This document shows positions 16,687-26,461 of a stretch of 64,000 nucleotides of DNA, one piece after another. Source of the DNA: Capsulimonadaceae bacterium (GTDB taxonomy: Bacteria > Armatimonadota > Armatimonadia > Armatimonadales > Capsulimonadaceae). The stretch covers positions 3,328,001-3,392,000 of the forward strand of contig OZ244065.1 in the NCBI GenBank assembly GCA_965215505.1, in the 5' to 3' direction. The notes under the pieces are model-generated. The model worked only from the letters and a program-made list of their open reading frames with translations. It was not told where the DNA came from and did not search any database. Position 1 is the first letter of the stretch. The number at the start of each line of letters is the position of its first letter. The position numbers were made by a program, and so were the translations under genes.

Positions 16687-16794
16687 ACGGATGCGCCGGG
16701 ACTAATGCGCCGGGGCTTCCTGCAACGCCCATCCATTGTCTCTAACCCTGTCTCTGACACGCAGCGCGCGGAAAGGTTGCGTCCCGAGGCCGGG

Positions 16795-18069
16795 TCAGCC
16801 GGTGACTTCCCCATACCGCGCCAGCACACCCGTCCCTAATGCCCGGTACGCCTCGATGCGCGCGTCGGCGGAGGGATAGGCCGGGTCCGGGACGCCCGCG
16901 CCGTCCACGAAGCCCGGCAGGCCGAGGAGCCTTGAATACTGGTGGGCGGCGAGGACGCAGGCACCCTCCCAGAAGATGTCCTGGACGTCCTCGGGGACCG
17001 GCGCACCGCCCAGGCAGGTCGGCGCGAGGGGGAGCAGGTCCAGGGTGTTATGTTCCGTGCCCGCCGTCACGAACAGGCCCGCCCGGCGCATGGCGTGGAC
17101 GTAGCGGGACAAAGTTGCGGGCGAGTTGCGGGTCGGGACGAACTCGGCACAGACGATGTTTCGCGCCAGGAGGTCGGCGGTCAGGGCCTCCGGGGACGCC
17201 TCGTACTCGGTGATCGGGTCGGCCCCGTCGGCGAGTGTCGGGTAGCAGGGGATGCCGCCCAGGGCGAGGACCAGCCGGTAGGCGTGGCCGAAGTCCACGA
17301 ACGTCTCGGGGACATAGGCAGGCTTGCCGCTCTTTAATAACTGCGACCGGATCTCGTTCTGCGTGCCGACAGCGTCATCGGCCTTCGCTTTCGGCGCGAC
17401 GCCGTAGAGGAGCGTGAGGAAGGCGGGCCGGTCGTGGGCGGCCACCCGGTCAAACAGAACCTCCTGGAAGGCCTGTGCGATGTGCCGCTCCTGCAAGTAG
17501 ACGGTTTCGCGCGGCGACCCATGCCGGGCGACGATGCGGTCTTTGATCCTCTCGGCGTCCAGCCCGGTGTCCAGCGCCGCCGCATCAAAGAGAGCGGCCA
17601 GCTTGTCCGCGACGGCCGCCATGCGCGCCGTGTCGGCGTCCCGGATGACTTGGAGCAGCACGCGGGCGTCCTCGGGCATGGGGTCGAACCGCGTGATGCC
17701 CTTGCCGCAGAGGTAATACTTGCCGGGGTTGCCGGGGTCGTTGACCTTGACACCATCCCGGACCATCGCCTCTACCAGCGAGATGATCTCCAGCCCGAAG
17801 AGCGGGAAGATGCCGCGCGCCGTCGCCAAGACCGCCAGTTCCCCGTAGACGGAGTAATCGTAGTAGTTGCTGGCCCCCAGGATGCCGACGCCCTGCACGT
17901 CCGCCAGTTCCACCGCCTGCCGCGTTGTTTCAAAAGCGCTGAAATTGGGCGGCAAATGGACGTGGGCGTTGACGCGCGGGCGGACGGCCGGCCCCGGCCC
18001 CGCCGGGAGCGCGTCCGGGTCGCCGAGGCTCTGCATCAATCGGGTGAAGTCATCTATCGCCGTGGTCAT
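16795..18069 (-). CDS. PHP-like metal-dependent phosphoesterase family protein
   Basis: NAHVHLPPNFS, FGLEII, GIPCYP, TAGTEHNT motifs; start MTTAID with AGGAG RBS. Confidence 0.7.
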   Translation of the reverse strand: MTTAIDDFTRLMQSLGDPDALPAGPGPAVRPRVNAHVHLPPNFSAFETTRQAVELADVQGVGILGASNYYDYSVYGELAVLATARGIFPLFGLEIISLVEAMVRDGVKVNDPGNPGKYYLCGKGITRFDPMPEDARVLLQVIRDADTARMAAVADKLAALFDAAALDTGLDAERIKDRIVARHGSPRETVYLQERHIAQAFQEVLFDRVAAHDRPAFLTLLYGVAPKAKADDAVGTQNEIRSQLLKSGKPAYVPETFVDFGHAYRLVLALGGIPCYPTLADGADPITEYEASPEALTADLLARNIVCAEFVPTRNSPATLSRYVHAMRRAGLFVTAGTEHNTLDLLPLAPTCLGGAPVPEDVQDIFWEGACVLAAHQYSRLLGLPGFVDGAGVPDPAYPSADARIEAYRALGTGVLARYGEVTG

Positions 18070-18112
18070 GGTGGTGTTGCTCCTGGTGTGGGGCGAATGA
18101 ACAGGATGAGCA

Positions 18113-18267
18113 GGACGAGTGATTGAAATCACTCGCTCCGCGCGGGCCTGTCCGGGGGGACAGAAGATGAGACAAGCGAGGGCGCTTTCATGGCACCGGC
18201 CTGTTCTAGCGTCCCTGGGACGCCCGGCGCGCAGCGCCTTCCAGCGAGTGAATTCATTCACTCGTCC
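18113..18267. repeat. REPIN/MITE-like element, family C copy 1
   Basis: ggacgagtgattgaaatcactcgct ... agcgagtgaattcattcactcgtcc; copies at 31831-31983 and 58842-58977, single arm at 41820-41841. Confidence 0.8.
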
Positions 18268-18337
18268 TAGCTCGTTCCTTCTTCTCCCATTGCAAGTCCC
18301 GCGTTTCCTTCGCGCATCGTTTGGAGACACTAGGGCC

Positions 18338-18586
18338 ATGACACACGAAGACGCCCGACGCCTCGCCGAGTTCGTCAAGGACCACGACAAGCGCTTTGAG
18401 GCTAAAGCCAAGAGCGATGACGCCGGCGGCGACAGCCACGTCCTGCTCACGTGCGCCTCCGACGGCACGACTTTGGAGCCAATCACCAGCGTTGACCAGT
18501 ACCGGACGCAGCTCATCGAGGAGGATGACCCCGGCCCGACCGTGTGCGCCGCGTGGGCAAAGTGGGGAGGAGGGGCCGGAGCCTAG
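18338..18586 (+). CDS. Hypothetical protein, 82 aa
   Basis: Coding-like GC3 bias; GGAG upstream of the ATG. Confidence 0.55.
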   Translation: MTHEDARRLAEFVKDHDKRFEAKAKSDDAGGDSHVLLTCASDGTTLEPITSVDQYRTQLIEEDDPGPTVCAAWAKWGGGAGA

Positions 18587-18622
18587 CACCGAAGCGCCTT
18601 TCCTCCTGCCCGCGCCGTCCTG

Positions 18623-19090
18623 TTACGCCACGCCTGCGGCGTTCGGCCCCGGACGCACTTTCCTCGGCGTGATGCGCTCGGGCGGCGTGTGGCGGAAGCC
18701 CTCGCAGACCCAGTTGTTGCGGGAACCGGAGATGACGCACTGCCACCGTTCCTGCCGCAGCAGCCCCGTCCGGGAGCGGACCCGGAGGCGGCTGGAACAG
18801 CGGAAGCGGGCGGGTCCTATCTCGCTGACCATGCCGGGGGCGTAGGGCGCATAGCCGATCACGGTGTAGCCCTTCGGCTGACCCTGCATGACCCAGCTGA
18901 TGAGGAGGTACTTCGCCTGACGGTAGGCGTCCTGCTTCGCCTGCTCGGCGACCTGGAATGCCGTCGGCATCGGCGGCGGGGTCGGCTTCTTCCAGGAGGT
19001 GACGAGAGTCCCCAGGGCGAGGGCGAGGACCGGCAGTAGCCAGAGGGCCTTGAGGTCCCGGCGGGGCCGGCTTTGGTCTTCGGTCGGCAT
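18623..19090 (-). CDS. Hypothetical membrane-anchored protein
   Basis: N-terminal TM helix, Pro-rich linker, small soluble domain. Confidence 0.6.
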   Translation of the reverse strand: MPTEDQSRPRRDLKALWLLPVLALALGTLVTSWKKPTPPPMPTAFQVAEQAKQDAYRQAKYLLISWVMQGQPKGYTVIGYAPYAPGMVSEIGPARFRCSSRLRVRSRTGLLRQERWQCVISGSRNNWVCEGFRHTPPERITPRKVRPGPNAAGVA

Positions 19091-19136
19091 CTTCTTCTGG
19101 GTCCTCCGCCCGTCGCTCCGAAGTCACAGGATGCCG

Positions 19137-19445
19137 CTAATAGTAGCGGTAGAAGACGGTGAGCGCGTCGCCCTTGACCTCGCAGTAAAGCCCCACGCCC
19201 TCCTCTTCCAGCCGGTCGTTGACCTTCATCCAGGACTGCGCGACCGCTTCGGCGTCGCCTGCGGGGATCACGGTGCCCGTCTTGACCAGGAGGACCGCGC
19301 CCTCGGGGACCTCGCCGGGCCAGTCGGCGGCCAGGAACACGGCATCGGAAACGTCCCCTTCGGCCAGGGCGAACTGTCCGGCGACGGCGCGGCAGACCGC
19401 CACCCGCTCCGCCGGCTCGTCCATGTCTTTGTTCTTGTCTTCCAT
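19137..19445 (-). CDS. Hypothetical acidic protein
   Basis: AAGGA RBS; coding-like codon usage. Confidence 0.6.
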   Translation of the reverse strand: MEDKNKDMDEPAERVAVCRAVAGQFALAEGDVSDAVFLAADWPGEVPEGAVLLVKTGTVIPAGDAEAVAQSWMKVNDRLEEEGVGLYCEVKGDALTVFYRYY

Positions 19446-19494
19446 CGTCTTTTGTCCTTCCAGGGGGCTGCCACGGGGATCACCCCAAAAACCC

Positions 19495-21426
19495 TCATCC
19501 CCGTGCGAAACCGCCCCGCTGCTCTTTCCCGCGCATCATCCCGCCGCCCGGCTGGGCCACCTCGACCTTGACCTTGCGGCCCCGGATCGTCGCGTTCCGC
19601 AGCGCGATGACCACCTTCTGCGCGTCCGGGGCGGGCACCTCGACGAACGCGGTGCGGTCTAATATGTCTATCGCGCCGATGGTCCTGCCCGCCAGCCCCG
19701 CCTCGTTGCTGATCGCGCCCACCAGGTCGCCGGGGCGCAGGCCGTCCTGACGGCCCAGGCCGACGAACAGGCGGGTCATGCCGACCTCGGGCTGCTCCGA
19801 GTCCGCGTTCAGCTCTTCGGCGGCCTCAGCCGGGCCGGAGTGCTGGGACTGCCACAGCATCTGCAAGGCGGCGGCGGCGATCTCCGAGCTGTCGTACTCC
19901 TCGGCCAGCGCCTCCACCGTCGCCAGGTGCCCGTCGAAGGCGCGGGCGGCCAGTGTCTCGCGCAATGACTCCTGGAACAAGTCCCGGCGGCGGGCGGCGA
20001 TGTCGGCCGCCGTCGGGATGCGGGCGGGCTTGATGGTCGTCCCGATCATCTGCTCGATGGCCCTGAGCTGCCGCCGCTCGCGGCCCTCCACGAGTGTGAT
20101 CGCGTCCCCCGTCCGCCCCGCCCGGCCCGTCCGGCCGATGCGGTGGATGTACTGCTCCACGTCCCACGGGATGTCGTAGTTGATGACGTGCGTGACCGTC
20201 TCGATGTCCAGGCCGCGCGCCGCCACGTCGGTCGCGATCAGCAGGTCGGCCAGGCCCTCGCGGAAGCGGCGCATGACCCGGTCCCGGTCGGCCTGCCCCA
20301 GGTCGCCGTGCAGGGCCTCGGCGCTGTAGCCGCGCAGGCGCAGGGCGTCGGCCAGGTCATTGGTCTCCTGCCGCGTCCGGCAGAAGACGATGGTCGGGCC
20401 GGGCGTCTCCATGTCCAGCACGCGGGCCAGGGCTTCTAATTTGCGGCCCGGCGCGACCTCGTAGTAAGTCTGGTTCGTCGTCTCTACCGTGCGGCGCTTG
20501 ACGTCAATGGCGACATGAGCGGGGTTCTGGAGGAAGCGTTGGGCCAGGGCGGCGATGCGCGGCGGCATCGTCGCCGAGAAGAAGGCGAGCTGCCGGGGCG
20601 TCGGCAGCTCGGCCAGGATCGTCTCCATGTCCTCCAGAAAGCCTAATGCCAGCATCTCGTCGGCCTCGTCCAGCACGCACAGCTTGACCGTCTCGATGGA
20701 CAGCGTCCCGCGCCGCAGATGGTCCATGATGCGCCCCGGCGTGCCGACCACGATCTGCGCGCCTTCTTTGAGGGCGCGGAACTGCCGGTCCAAAGGCTGC
20801 CCGCCGTAGACCGGCACGACGCGCAGGCCCGTGTGCTTGGCAAGCGCGTGGATGCCGCCCGCCACCTGGACAGCCAGCTCGCGCGTCGGCTCCAGGACGA
20901 GCGCCTGCGTCTGCATGCTGGACGGGTCGCATTGCTGGATCAGCGGCAGGGCGAAGGCGGCCGTCTTGCCCGTGCCCGTCTGCGCCTGCCCGATGAGGTC
21001 CCGCCCGGCCAGCAGGAGGGGAATGGCCCTTGCCTGAATGGGCGTCGGGGCCTCAAAGCCCAGATCGGCGATGGCCCGCGCCAGCGGCTCGGACAGGTTC
21101 AGCTCGGAGAAGGCGGGAAGCTCCGTCTCCTCCGGGGCGGGCGCGGCCTCCACCGCCTTCGGAACCGGGGCGGCCTTGCCCGGCTTCGGGGTCGCGCGCT
21201 TCGCCGCCGGGTACTTGCCGAGTACCTGCTTGGCCGGTGCGCCCGCCTCCTTCGTCTTCGGCTTGGGCGCGGCGAAGGGCGGCCCGCTGAACGGCTTTTT
21301 TGCCTCGGGCGCGGCCTCCGCCGGCGCGAACTGTGGCCGCGCCTTCGCTGGCACGGTCGTCTTCTTGATGTATTTTCCCGCGGCCTGCGGTTTGGCCGTG
21401 GCCTGCGGTTTGGGCGGTTTCGCCAT
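19495..21426 (-). CDS. deaD: DEAD-box RNA helicase DeaD/CsdA with DbpA-type RNA-binding domain
   Basis: PTPIQ, AQTGTGKT, PTRELA, GTPGR, DEAD, SAT, TDVAARGLD, HRIGRTGRAG, RPGDLVGAI. Confidence 0.93.
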   Translation of the reverse strand: MAKPPKPQATAKPQAAGKYIKKTTVPAKARPQFAPAEAAPEAKKPFSGPPFAAPKPKTKEAGAPAKQVLGKYPAAKRATPKPGKAAPVPKAVEAAPAPEETELPAFSELNLSEPLARAIADLGFEAPTPIQARAIPLLLAGRDLIGQAQTGTGKTAAFALPLIQQCDPSSMQTQALVLEPTRELAVQVAGGIHALAKHTGLRVVPVYGGQPLDRQFRALKEGAQIVVGTPGRIMDHLRRGTLSIETVKLCVLDEADEMLALGFLEDMETILAELPTPRQLAFFSATMPPRIAALAQRFLQNPAHVAIDVKRRTVETTNQTYYEVAPGRKLEALARVLDMETPGPTIVFCRTRQETNDLADALRLRGYSAEALHGDLGQADRDRVMRRFREGLADLLIATDVAARGLDIETVTHVINYDIPWDVEQYIHRIGRTGRAGRTGDAITLVEGRERRQLRAIEQMIGTTIKPARIPTAADIAARRRDLFQESLRETLAARAFDGHLATVEALAEEYDSSEIAAAALQMLWQSQHSGPAEAAEELNADSEQPEVGMTRLFVGLGRQDGLRPGDLVGAISNEAGLAGRTIGAIDILDRTAFVEVPAPDAQKVVIALRNATIRGRKVKVEVAQPGGGMMRGKEQRGGFARG

Positions 21427-21570
21427 GGGGGTGTGTCTCCGGTTCTCTTGCTCCCCTACAGTGTACCCGCCATCGGGTATAGTAACGGCAGACGGATGAG
21501 GCAGGCAGAGCCGATTTGCCAAGCCGACGCGCCGGATCGCCATGCCGAGTGTGGGCGGGCTAGGCCGGAT

Positions 21571-21708
21571 CAGGCCCCGCCGTGAACGGCAGGTCTGGAG
21601 GGCCGGCGGCCAGCCGGTCTGCGACCGGGAGATCGGGTGATACGTCACCCCCGCCCGCAGGGCGGTCGGCGCTTCGCCCCCCAGACCTGCCGTTCACGGC
21701 GGGGCCTG
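21571..21708. repeat. 28-bp inverted repeat pair, REP-derived
   Basis: caggccccgccgtgaacggcaggtctgg (21571-21598) and its reverse complement (21681-21708). Confidence 0.85.
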
Positions 21709-21751
21709 CGCCACGGCGGGGCTTCGTTCGCGGCAGTCAGGAACACAGACC

Positions 21752-24700
21752 ATGAAGACCTGCGCGCGCTGTGGACGCACCTACCCGCCGGACCAGGCCA
21801 TGTGCCCCGCCTGCGGCCTCGCCCTGCCGGGGATGCGCGGGCTTGCCGGGGCGGTGAATTCCGGGACGCCGCAGGCCGACCCGAACGTCGGCCACGTCGA
21901 GTTCCTGCTGTCGCAGCTCGACGAGTGGGTGGCGCAGGGCTGGGTCGCGCCCGAGCAGGCGCGGCGACTCTACGACATTTACCAAGACCGCCGCCGGTGG
22001 CTGCTGGCCGGGCCGCCCGCCGCGCCAGCCCCTAACGCGCCGCCCTCCGATGCGCCGCCCTCGGCCCCGCCGGTGGAAGTGGGACACCTCCTCCCTACGT
22101 CCCCGCCCCCGTCTGCCCGCCGCCCCTCGCCGCTTGCGGCCTTCTTTGAGGAGCAGAACATCTCGTTCTGGCAGCTCATCGGCGCGCTCCTGCTGCTCGC
22201 GGGGTTGGTTGGGCTGGTCGGCTGGACCTGGGGGTCCGTCGGCAAGTACCTCGTCTTCGCGCTGATGCTCGGCCTGACCGGCGGGCTGTACGCCCTCGCC
22301 CGCTCGCGCTTCATCCAGGGCCAGCCCCTGACGCGGGCCGCGCTCACCGGCGTCGCCGCGCTTCTCGTGCCGCTGGACCTCGTCGCCGTCAACGCCTTCC
22401 GCCTGCTCGGCGGCGCATTGGGGACGGACCAGATCGGCCTGCTGACTTCGCTCCTCTGCCTGCCCCTGTACGGGTGGCTCGCGCGCCGTGAGTTGGGGCG
22501 CTGGCCTGCCGGCCTTCTGGCGGCGAGCAGCGCCATCGCCGTCTACTTCACGCTCCACGCCCTCCTCCCCGCCCACGCCGGAAGTCTGCGGGGCATCGCC
22601 TACGGCCTGGCCTATTCCGGGCTGGCCGGAGCCTTCCTACTGGCAGCGAGGAGAGCGGGAAGTGAGCGGCGCGATGTCTGGTTTACCACCGCCTACGCGG
22701 CGACGGCCGCTGCCCTGGCCTTCGCCCTGTGGCTGGGCGGCCCGGACACCCTGGGCGCGTTGGCCGCGACGCTGCTCCTGCTGGGCCTGGCCTACGGCGT
22801 CGCCGCCGCGCTGTTTGACGACCGCAACTTCGCGACTCTGTCGCTCGGCGCGGGGACGGCGGGCGGGGCGCTCGCCCTGCACCGATTGGGAGCGGGCGAC
22901 TGGCTGTACCACTGGTACTGGTACGCGGCCTGGGCGCAGGCGGTCGGCTTCGCGTCATGGGGAATAAGCCGCCTGCTCACCCGGCGCAGGCGCGTGCCAC
23001 TGGGCGACGCCTACCGCGACAGTGCCCTGGCCCTCGCGGGCCTGGCCGTGACCGCACAGGCCGTGCGCGCCGTCCTGGCTCTGGGTGCATTCCCCGGCGT
23101 CGGCCCGCCGGGCACGGAGCTGTGGGGGATGCTGCTCCTGGCCGCCCTAAGCCTGGCATTCTTCGCCCTCGCCCGGCGCGGTACTGTGGCGGCGGGCGTC
23201 CTGACCTACGCCGTCGTTCTGCTCGGCCTGCTCGGGTCGCACTACGCCCCCGCGCGCTCCGTCCCGCACGACCAGCCCAACCTCGGGCTGTTCCTTGCCG
23301 CAGCCTCACTCCTGCTGTGGCGGCTGAAACGCCCGCGCGTGAGTCTCGGCGTGGCGGCGCTCGGTCTGGCGGCCTGCCTCGCCTATGCATTGGCAAGCGT
23401 CTTCTGGGAGACGACCGTTCTGGCCCTGCCGCTGCTCATCGTCGCCTACTTGACACAGCGGCAAACGGCAGGCGCGCTCTCGGTCTGGCCGGTCGCCGCC
23501 GCCTGCGTCCTGGAGGTCCTGCTGCTGGAACGACGCGCCCTGCCCTGGGCACATACACATCTCGGGTGGGAGCCGAACTACGGGGCGGGTCTGTTCCTCC
23601 TGACTGCGTTCGGGCTTGCGCTGGCCGACCGCCGGAAGTCGCGCGCCGGGGTGTGGGCTGCCCTGGCCGTCGCCGCCGCGACCACCCTGATGCAGCTCGG
23701 CTATGCCGGCCTGGGCCATTTGCCGTACTCGCCGCTGCTGCTCCTGGGAGCCGGGGCGCTTGTTGCCTGCGGCATCGGCCTGGCCCGGCGGTCACCGCGC
23801 GCCGCCGACTGCGCTGCTGGCTTGACGGGCGGCTTTTACCTCGGCTTCGTCCTGGGCTGTTTCAACGTGGCCGGTTCCGCCGCTGATGCCGCCCGTGAGG
23901 CAACGACGGCCAGCGGGCTTCTCGTTCTGGCCCTGTCGCTCGGCCTGCTGGCCCGGCGTCAGAAGCGCCCGCCGCTCGTCTACGCCGCTGCCCTGGCCGC
24001 CGCTATCGGGGAGGCGCACGCCCTGCACCGGCTTTTGCACCCCGCTCCGGTCGTCTACGCCCTGGCCCTCTGGCCGCTCGCGGCGGCGCTCTACGCGGCG
24101 GGCACGGCGGCGGCCCGACGTGCCCCGGACGCCCGGAGTGCCTGGCTGCCTCCCCTGCACACAAGCGCCCTGCTGATCTCCCTCGCCGCCCTGGCCGCCG
24201 CCGTCGGGGCGACCTTGCTTGGCGCGGGCCGGACGGGCAGCGCCGCCCTCGTCCAGACCGTCTGTCTCTACGGCGCGCTCTATGCCGCCGTCGCCGCCGT
24301 CACCCGGAGCGGGTCCTACGCCGGGCTTGCCGCGCTGGCATTCAGCGGCGCGTATGGGCTGGCACTGCTGCGCGTCACGCCCGCGCTGTCCGCGCCCCGT
24401 CTGGCCTTCCTCCTCAGCCTGGGAAGCCTGTTCTGGCTGGCAGCCGCTCAGGGGGCCGCACGTTTCGCCGCCGCCCGCTTCGCCGCCCCGGCCCTCAACA
24501 GCCGCGCCGTCGCCGTCGCTCTGGGCGCAATCCTGGTGGCCTTTCTGGGCCTGGGCGGGGCCGACGACCGCTACATCGTCTACACGCTTTTGGTGGGTGG
24601 AACCGCCTTCCTCGGGGCGTCCTGGGGGCTGGGACGACCGGCCTGGGGCCATGCCGGGGTGGCGGCCTATTTCCTGGCCTACTTCGCCTTCCTGTTCAAG

Positions 24701-25159
24701 CGGCTGGGGACGCCCGGCCTGGCGAGCAGCGACTTCTACCTCATCCCCGCCGGGCTGTACGTCCTGACACTGGGCCTGCTCGCGCGCCGCGCCAAGCACC
24801 CCGCCCCGCAGACGTACTTCCTGACCGGCCTGCTGCTTGTCCTGACCCCCACCTTCGTCGCCGCCTGGCAGGCCGGGGCCGCGCCGCTCCACGCCGTGCT
24901 GCTGCTGACCGAGTGCGTCGCCGCCCTGTTCTACGGCATCGCCGCCCGCATCAAGGTGTTCGTCGGCGCGGGCCTGGCCTTCCTGGTCGCCCTGCTGCTG
25001 CGCGAGACTCAAGGGATGGTCGGCCACATCCACTGGGCCGTCTACGCGACGCTTTTGGGTCTGGGCATTCTGGCGAGCGCCCTGTTTTTCGAGAAGCGTG
25101 GGGAGGAAGCGCGGCGCTGGGCGAAGGCGGCTCAGGAAAAGCTGCGGGAGTGGGATTAG
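21752..25159 (+). CDS. Very large polytopic membrane protein with N-terminal zinc ribbon (DUF2339/SCO7613-like)
   Basis: CARCG..CPACG, Pro-rich linker, many TM helices, C-terminal GLGILASALFFEKR. Confidence 0.75.
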   Translation: MKTCARCGRTYPPDQAMCPACGLALPGMRGLAGAVNSGTPQADPNVGHVEFLLSQLDEWVAQGWVAPEQARRLYDIYQDRRRWLLAGPPAAPAPNAPPSDAPPSAPPVEVGHLLPTSPPPSARRPSPLAAFFEEQNISFWQLIGALLLLAGLVGLVGWTWGSVGKYLVFALMLGLTGGLYALARSRFIQGQPLTRAALTGVAALLVPLDLVAVNAFRLLGGALGTDQIGLLTSLLCLPLYGWLARRELGRWPAGLLAASSAIAVYFTLHALLPAHAGSLRGIAYGLAYSGLAGAFLLAARRAGSERRDVWFTTAYAATAAALAFALWLGGPDTLGALAATLLLLGLAYGVAAALFDDRNFATLSLGAGTAGGALALHRLGAGDWLYHWYWYAAWAQAVGFASWGISRLLTRRRRVPLGDAYRDSALALAGLAVTAQAVRAVLALGAFPGVGPPGTELWGMLLLAALSLAFFALARRGTVAAGVLTYAVVLLGLLGSHYAPARSVPHDQPNLGLFLAAASLLLWRLKRPRVSLGVAALGLAACLAYALASVFWETTVLALPLLIVAYLTQRQTAGALSVWPVAAACVLEVLLLERRALPWAHTHLGWEPNYGAGLFLLTAFGLALADRRKSRAGVWAALAVAAATTLMQLGYAGLGHLPYSPLLLLGAGALVACGIGLARRSPRAADCAAGLTGGFYLGFVLGCFNVAGSAADAAREATTASGLLVLALSLGLLARRQKRPPLVYAAALAAAIGEAHALHRLLHPAPVVYALALWPLAAALYAAGTAAARRAPDARSAWLPPLHTSALLISLAALAAAVGATLLGAGRTGSAALVQTVCLYGALYAAVAAVTRSGSYAGLAALAFSGAYGLALLRVTPALSAPRLAFLLSLGSLFWLAAAQGAARFAAARFAAPALNSRAVAVALGAILVAFLGLGGADDRYIVYTLLVGGTAFLGASWGLGRPAWGHAGVAAYFLAYFAFLFKRLGTPGLASSDFYLIPAGLYVLTLGLLARRAKHPAPQTYFLTGLLLVLTPTFVAAWQAGAAPLHAVLLLTECVAALFYGIAARIKVFVGAGLAFLVALLLRETQGMVGHIHWAVYATLLGLGILASALFFEKRGEEARRWAKAAQEKLREWD

Positions 25160-25167
25160 GGGGAGAT

Positions 25168-25277
25168 GGGCGGTTGAAACCGCGGCAACGACGGCACAAA
25201 GTCGCCCTTCGGCGACTCAGGTCCCCAACCTGCGAAGGCAGGTTTTGTGAACTTGTTGACGCGGTTTCAACCGCCCG
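25168..25277. repeat. REPIN-like palindrome between convergent genes
   Basis: gggcggttgaaaccgcg ... cgcggtttcaaccgccc. Confidence 0.75.
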
Positions 25278-25287
25278 CTATCGCCGA

Positions 25288-25890
25288 TCACTTCTCCTGC
25301 GGCTCCTGAAGCACATACACGCGCACGGACCGGGTGCCCCAATCGCCCATGTGCCCGTACACCTGCACCCGGATGTCCACATGATGCCCCTTGATTGCCC
25401 CGCCGATGTCGTCGGCGACGGCATGGCCATAGCCCGGTATCCAAAGCTGCGACCCAAGCGGGATCAGGCCGGGGTCCACGGCCACCCCGTGTTCCGCCCG
25501 CCCGTCGCGCAGCGTGGAGGTGTAGCGCCCGCCCTCCATCCGCGTGTTGATTGGCGTGTAGGCCGTCGCCCGCATGCGGAAGAAGCGCACGAACTGGCCC
25601 TTGTGTGGCACGGAGTCCACGTCCGCATCCCAGGACGACGCGCGCGGGGCCGGGGCGGGGACACTCGGGGCCGGGGGGCGGACCGCCCGCCGGGGGGCCG
25701 GCCTGTGGAGATAACGAGCCGCCGGCAGGAGCAGGCAGGCCGCCGCAAGCGGCACGGCAAACAATGCGCGCCGGGACGGGCGGGCGGCCTCGCGGCCCGG
25801 AACGACGGCGTGGGACGCGCCGGGGAAGCGCGGGCCGTCCGTGTACTGCACGACGGGCAGATCGTCTATTTCTGGAGGCGGGTAGGGCAT
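25288..25890 (-). CDS. 3D (Asp-Asp-Asp) domain protein, membrane anchored
   Basis: MRATAY, VAVDPGLIPLGS, IPGYG..ADDIGGAIKG..VDI. Confidence 0.88.
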   Translation of the reverse strand: MPYPPPEIDDLPVVQYTDGPRFPGASHAVVPGREAARPSRRALFAVPLAAACLLLPAARYLHRPAPRRAVRPPAPSVPAPAPRASSWDADVDSVPHKGQFVRFFRMRATAYTPINTRMEGGRYTSTLRDGRAEHGVAVDPGLIPLGSQLWIPGYGHAVADDIGGAIKGHHVDIRVQVYGHMGDWGTRSVRVYVLQEPQEK

Positions 25891-25979
25891 AGGTAGCACT
25901 TATTCCCGCCCGCGCGCCGCGCGCAAACGCGGCGGCCTCTTTGTCCCGGCCCTAAAGTGGGTATCACGAGAGCATTCCT

Positions 25980-26285
25980 ATGGCAACCAACAGACCCTCC
26001 GGCCACCTCAGCGGCGGCAAATACACTTCCAGCCACACCACGGTCATCTCCGCCGCCGAAGCGCCCGCCCGCGCGGCGGCCCGCCTGGAGTGCGTCAGCA
26101 AGATCTCGCTCGGCCTGATCAAGACGCTGCGGAACGGCCCGCCCGCGATCAAGTTCCTGGAAGAATGCAGCGGCTGCCTGCTGGTCAAGGTGCGCGGCGG
26201 CAGCTCCATCCAGGAGGTGCGCGTCTACACCACAGACCCGGAGGCGACGAAAGAGGCGATGACGGCGGCCTTCGCGGGGCGGTGA
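25980..26285 (+). CDS. DUF2103-like small protein
   Basis: GGKYTSSHTTVI, SKISLGLIK, VRGGSSIQEVRVYT. Confidence 0.6.
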   Translation: MATNRPSGHLSGGKYTSSHTTVISAAEAPARAAARLECVSKISLGLIKTLRNGPPAIKFLEECSGCLLVKVRGGSSIQEVRVYTTDPEATKEAMTAAFAGR

Positions 26286-26461
26286 GGGGGAGGGTGTAAG
26301 GGGGCCGGATTGCAGAAGAGGGCGGGGGGACCCCGCCCCTACAAGGACCTGTCGGAATGACGTAGGGGCGGGGTCCCCCCGCCCTCCTTCCGCATCCTTC
26401 CTTCCCCTCGCTCTTCTGGCCCACGCAGGAACTTCCCCCCAGCCGGGCGAACTAGCCTCCC

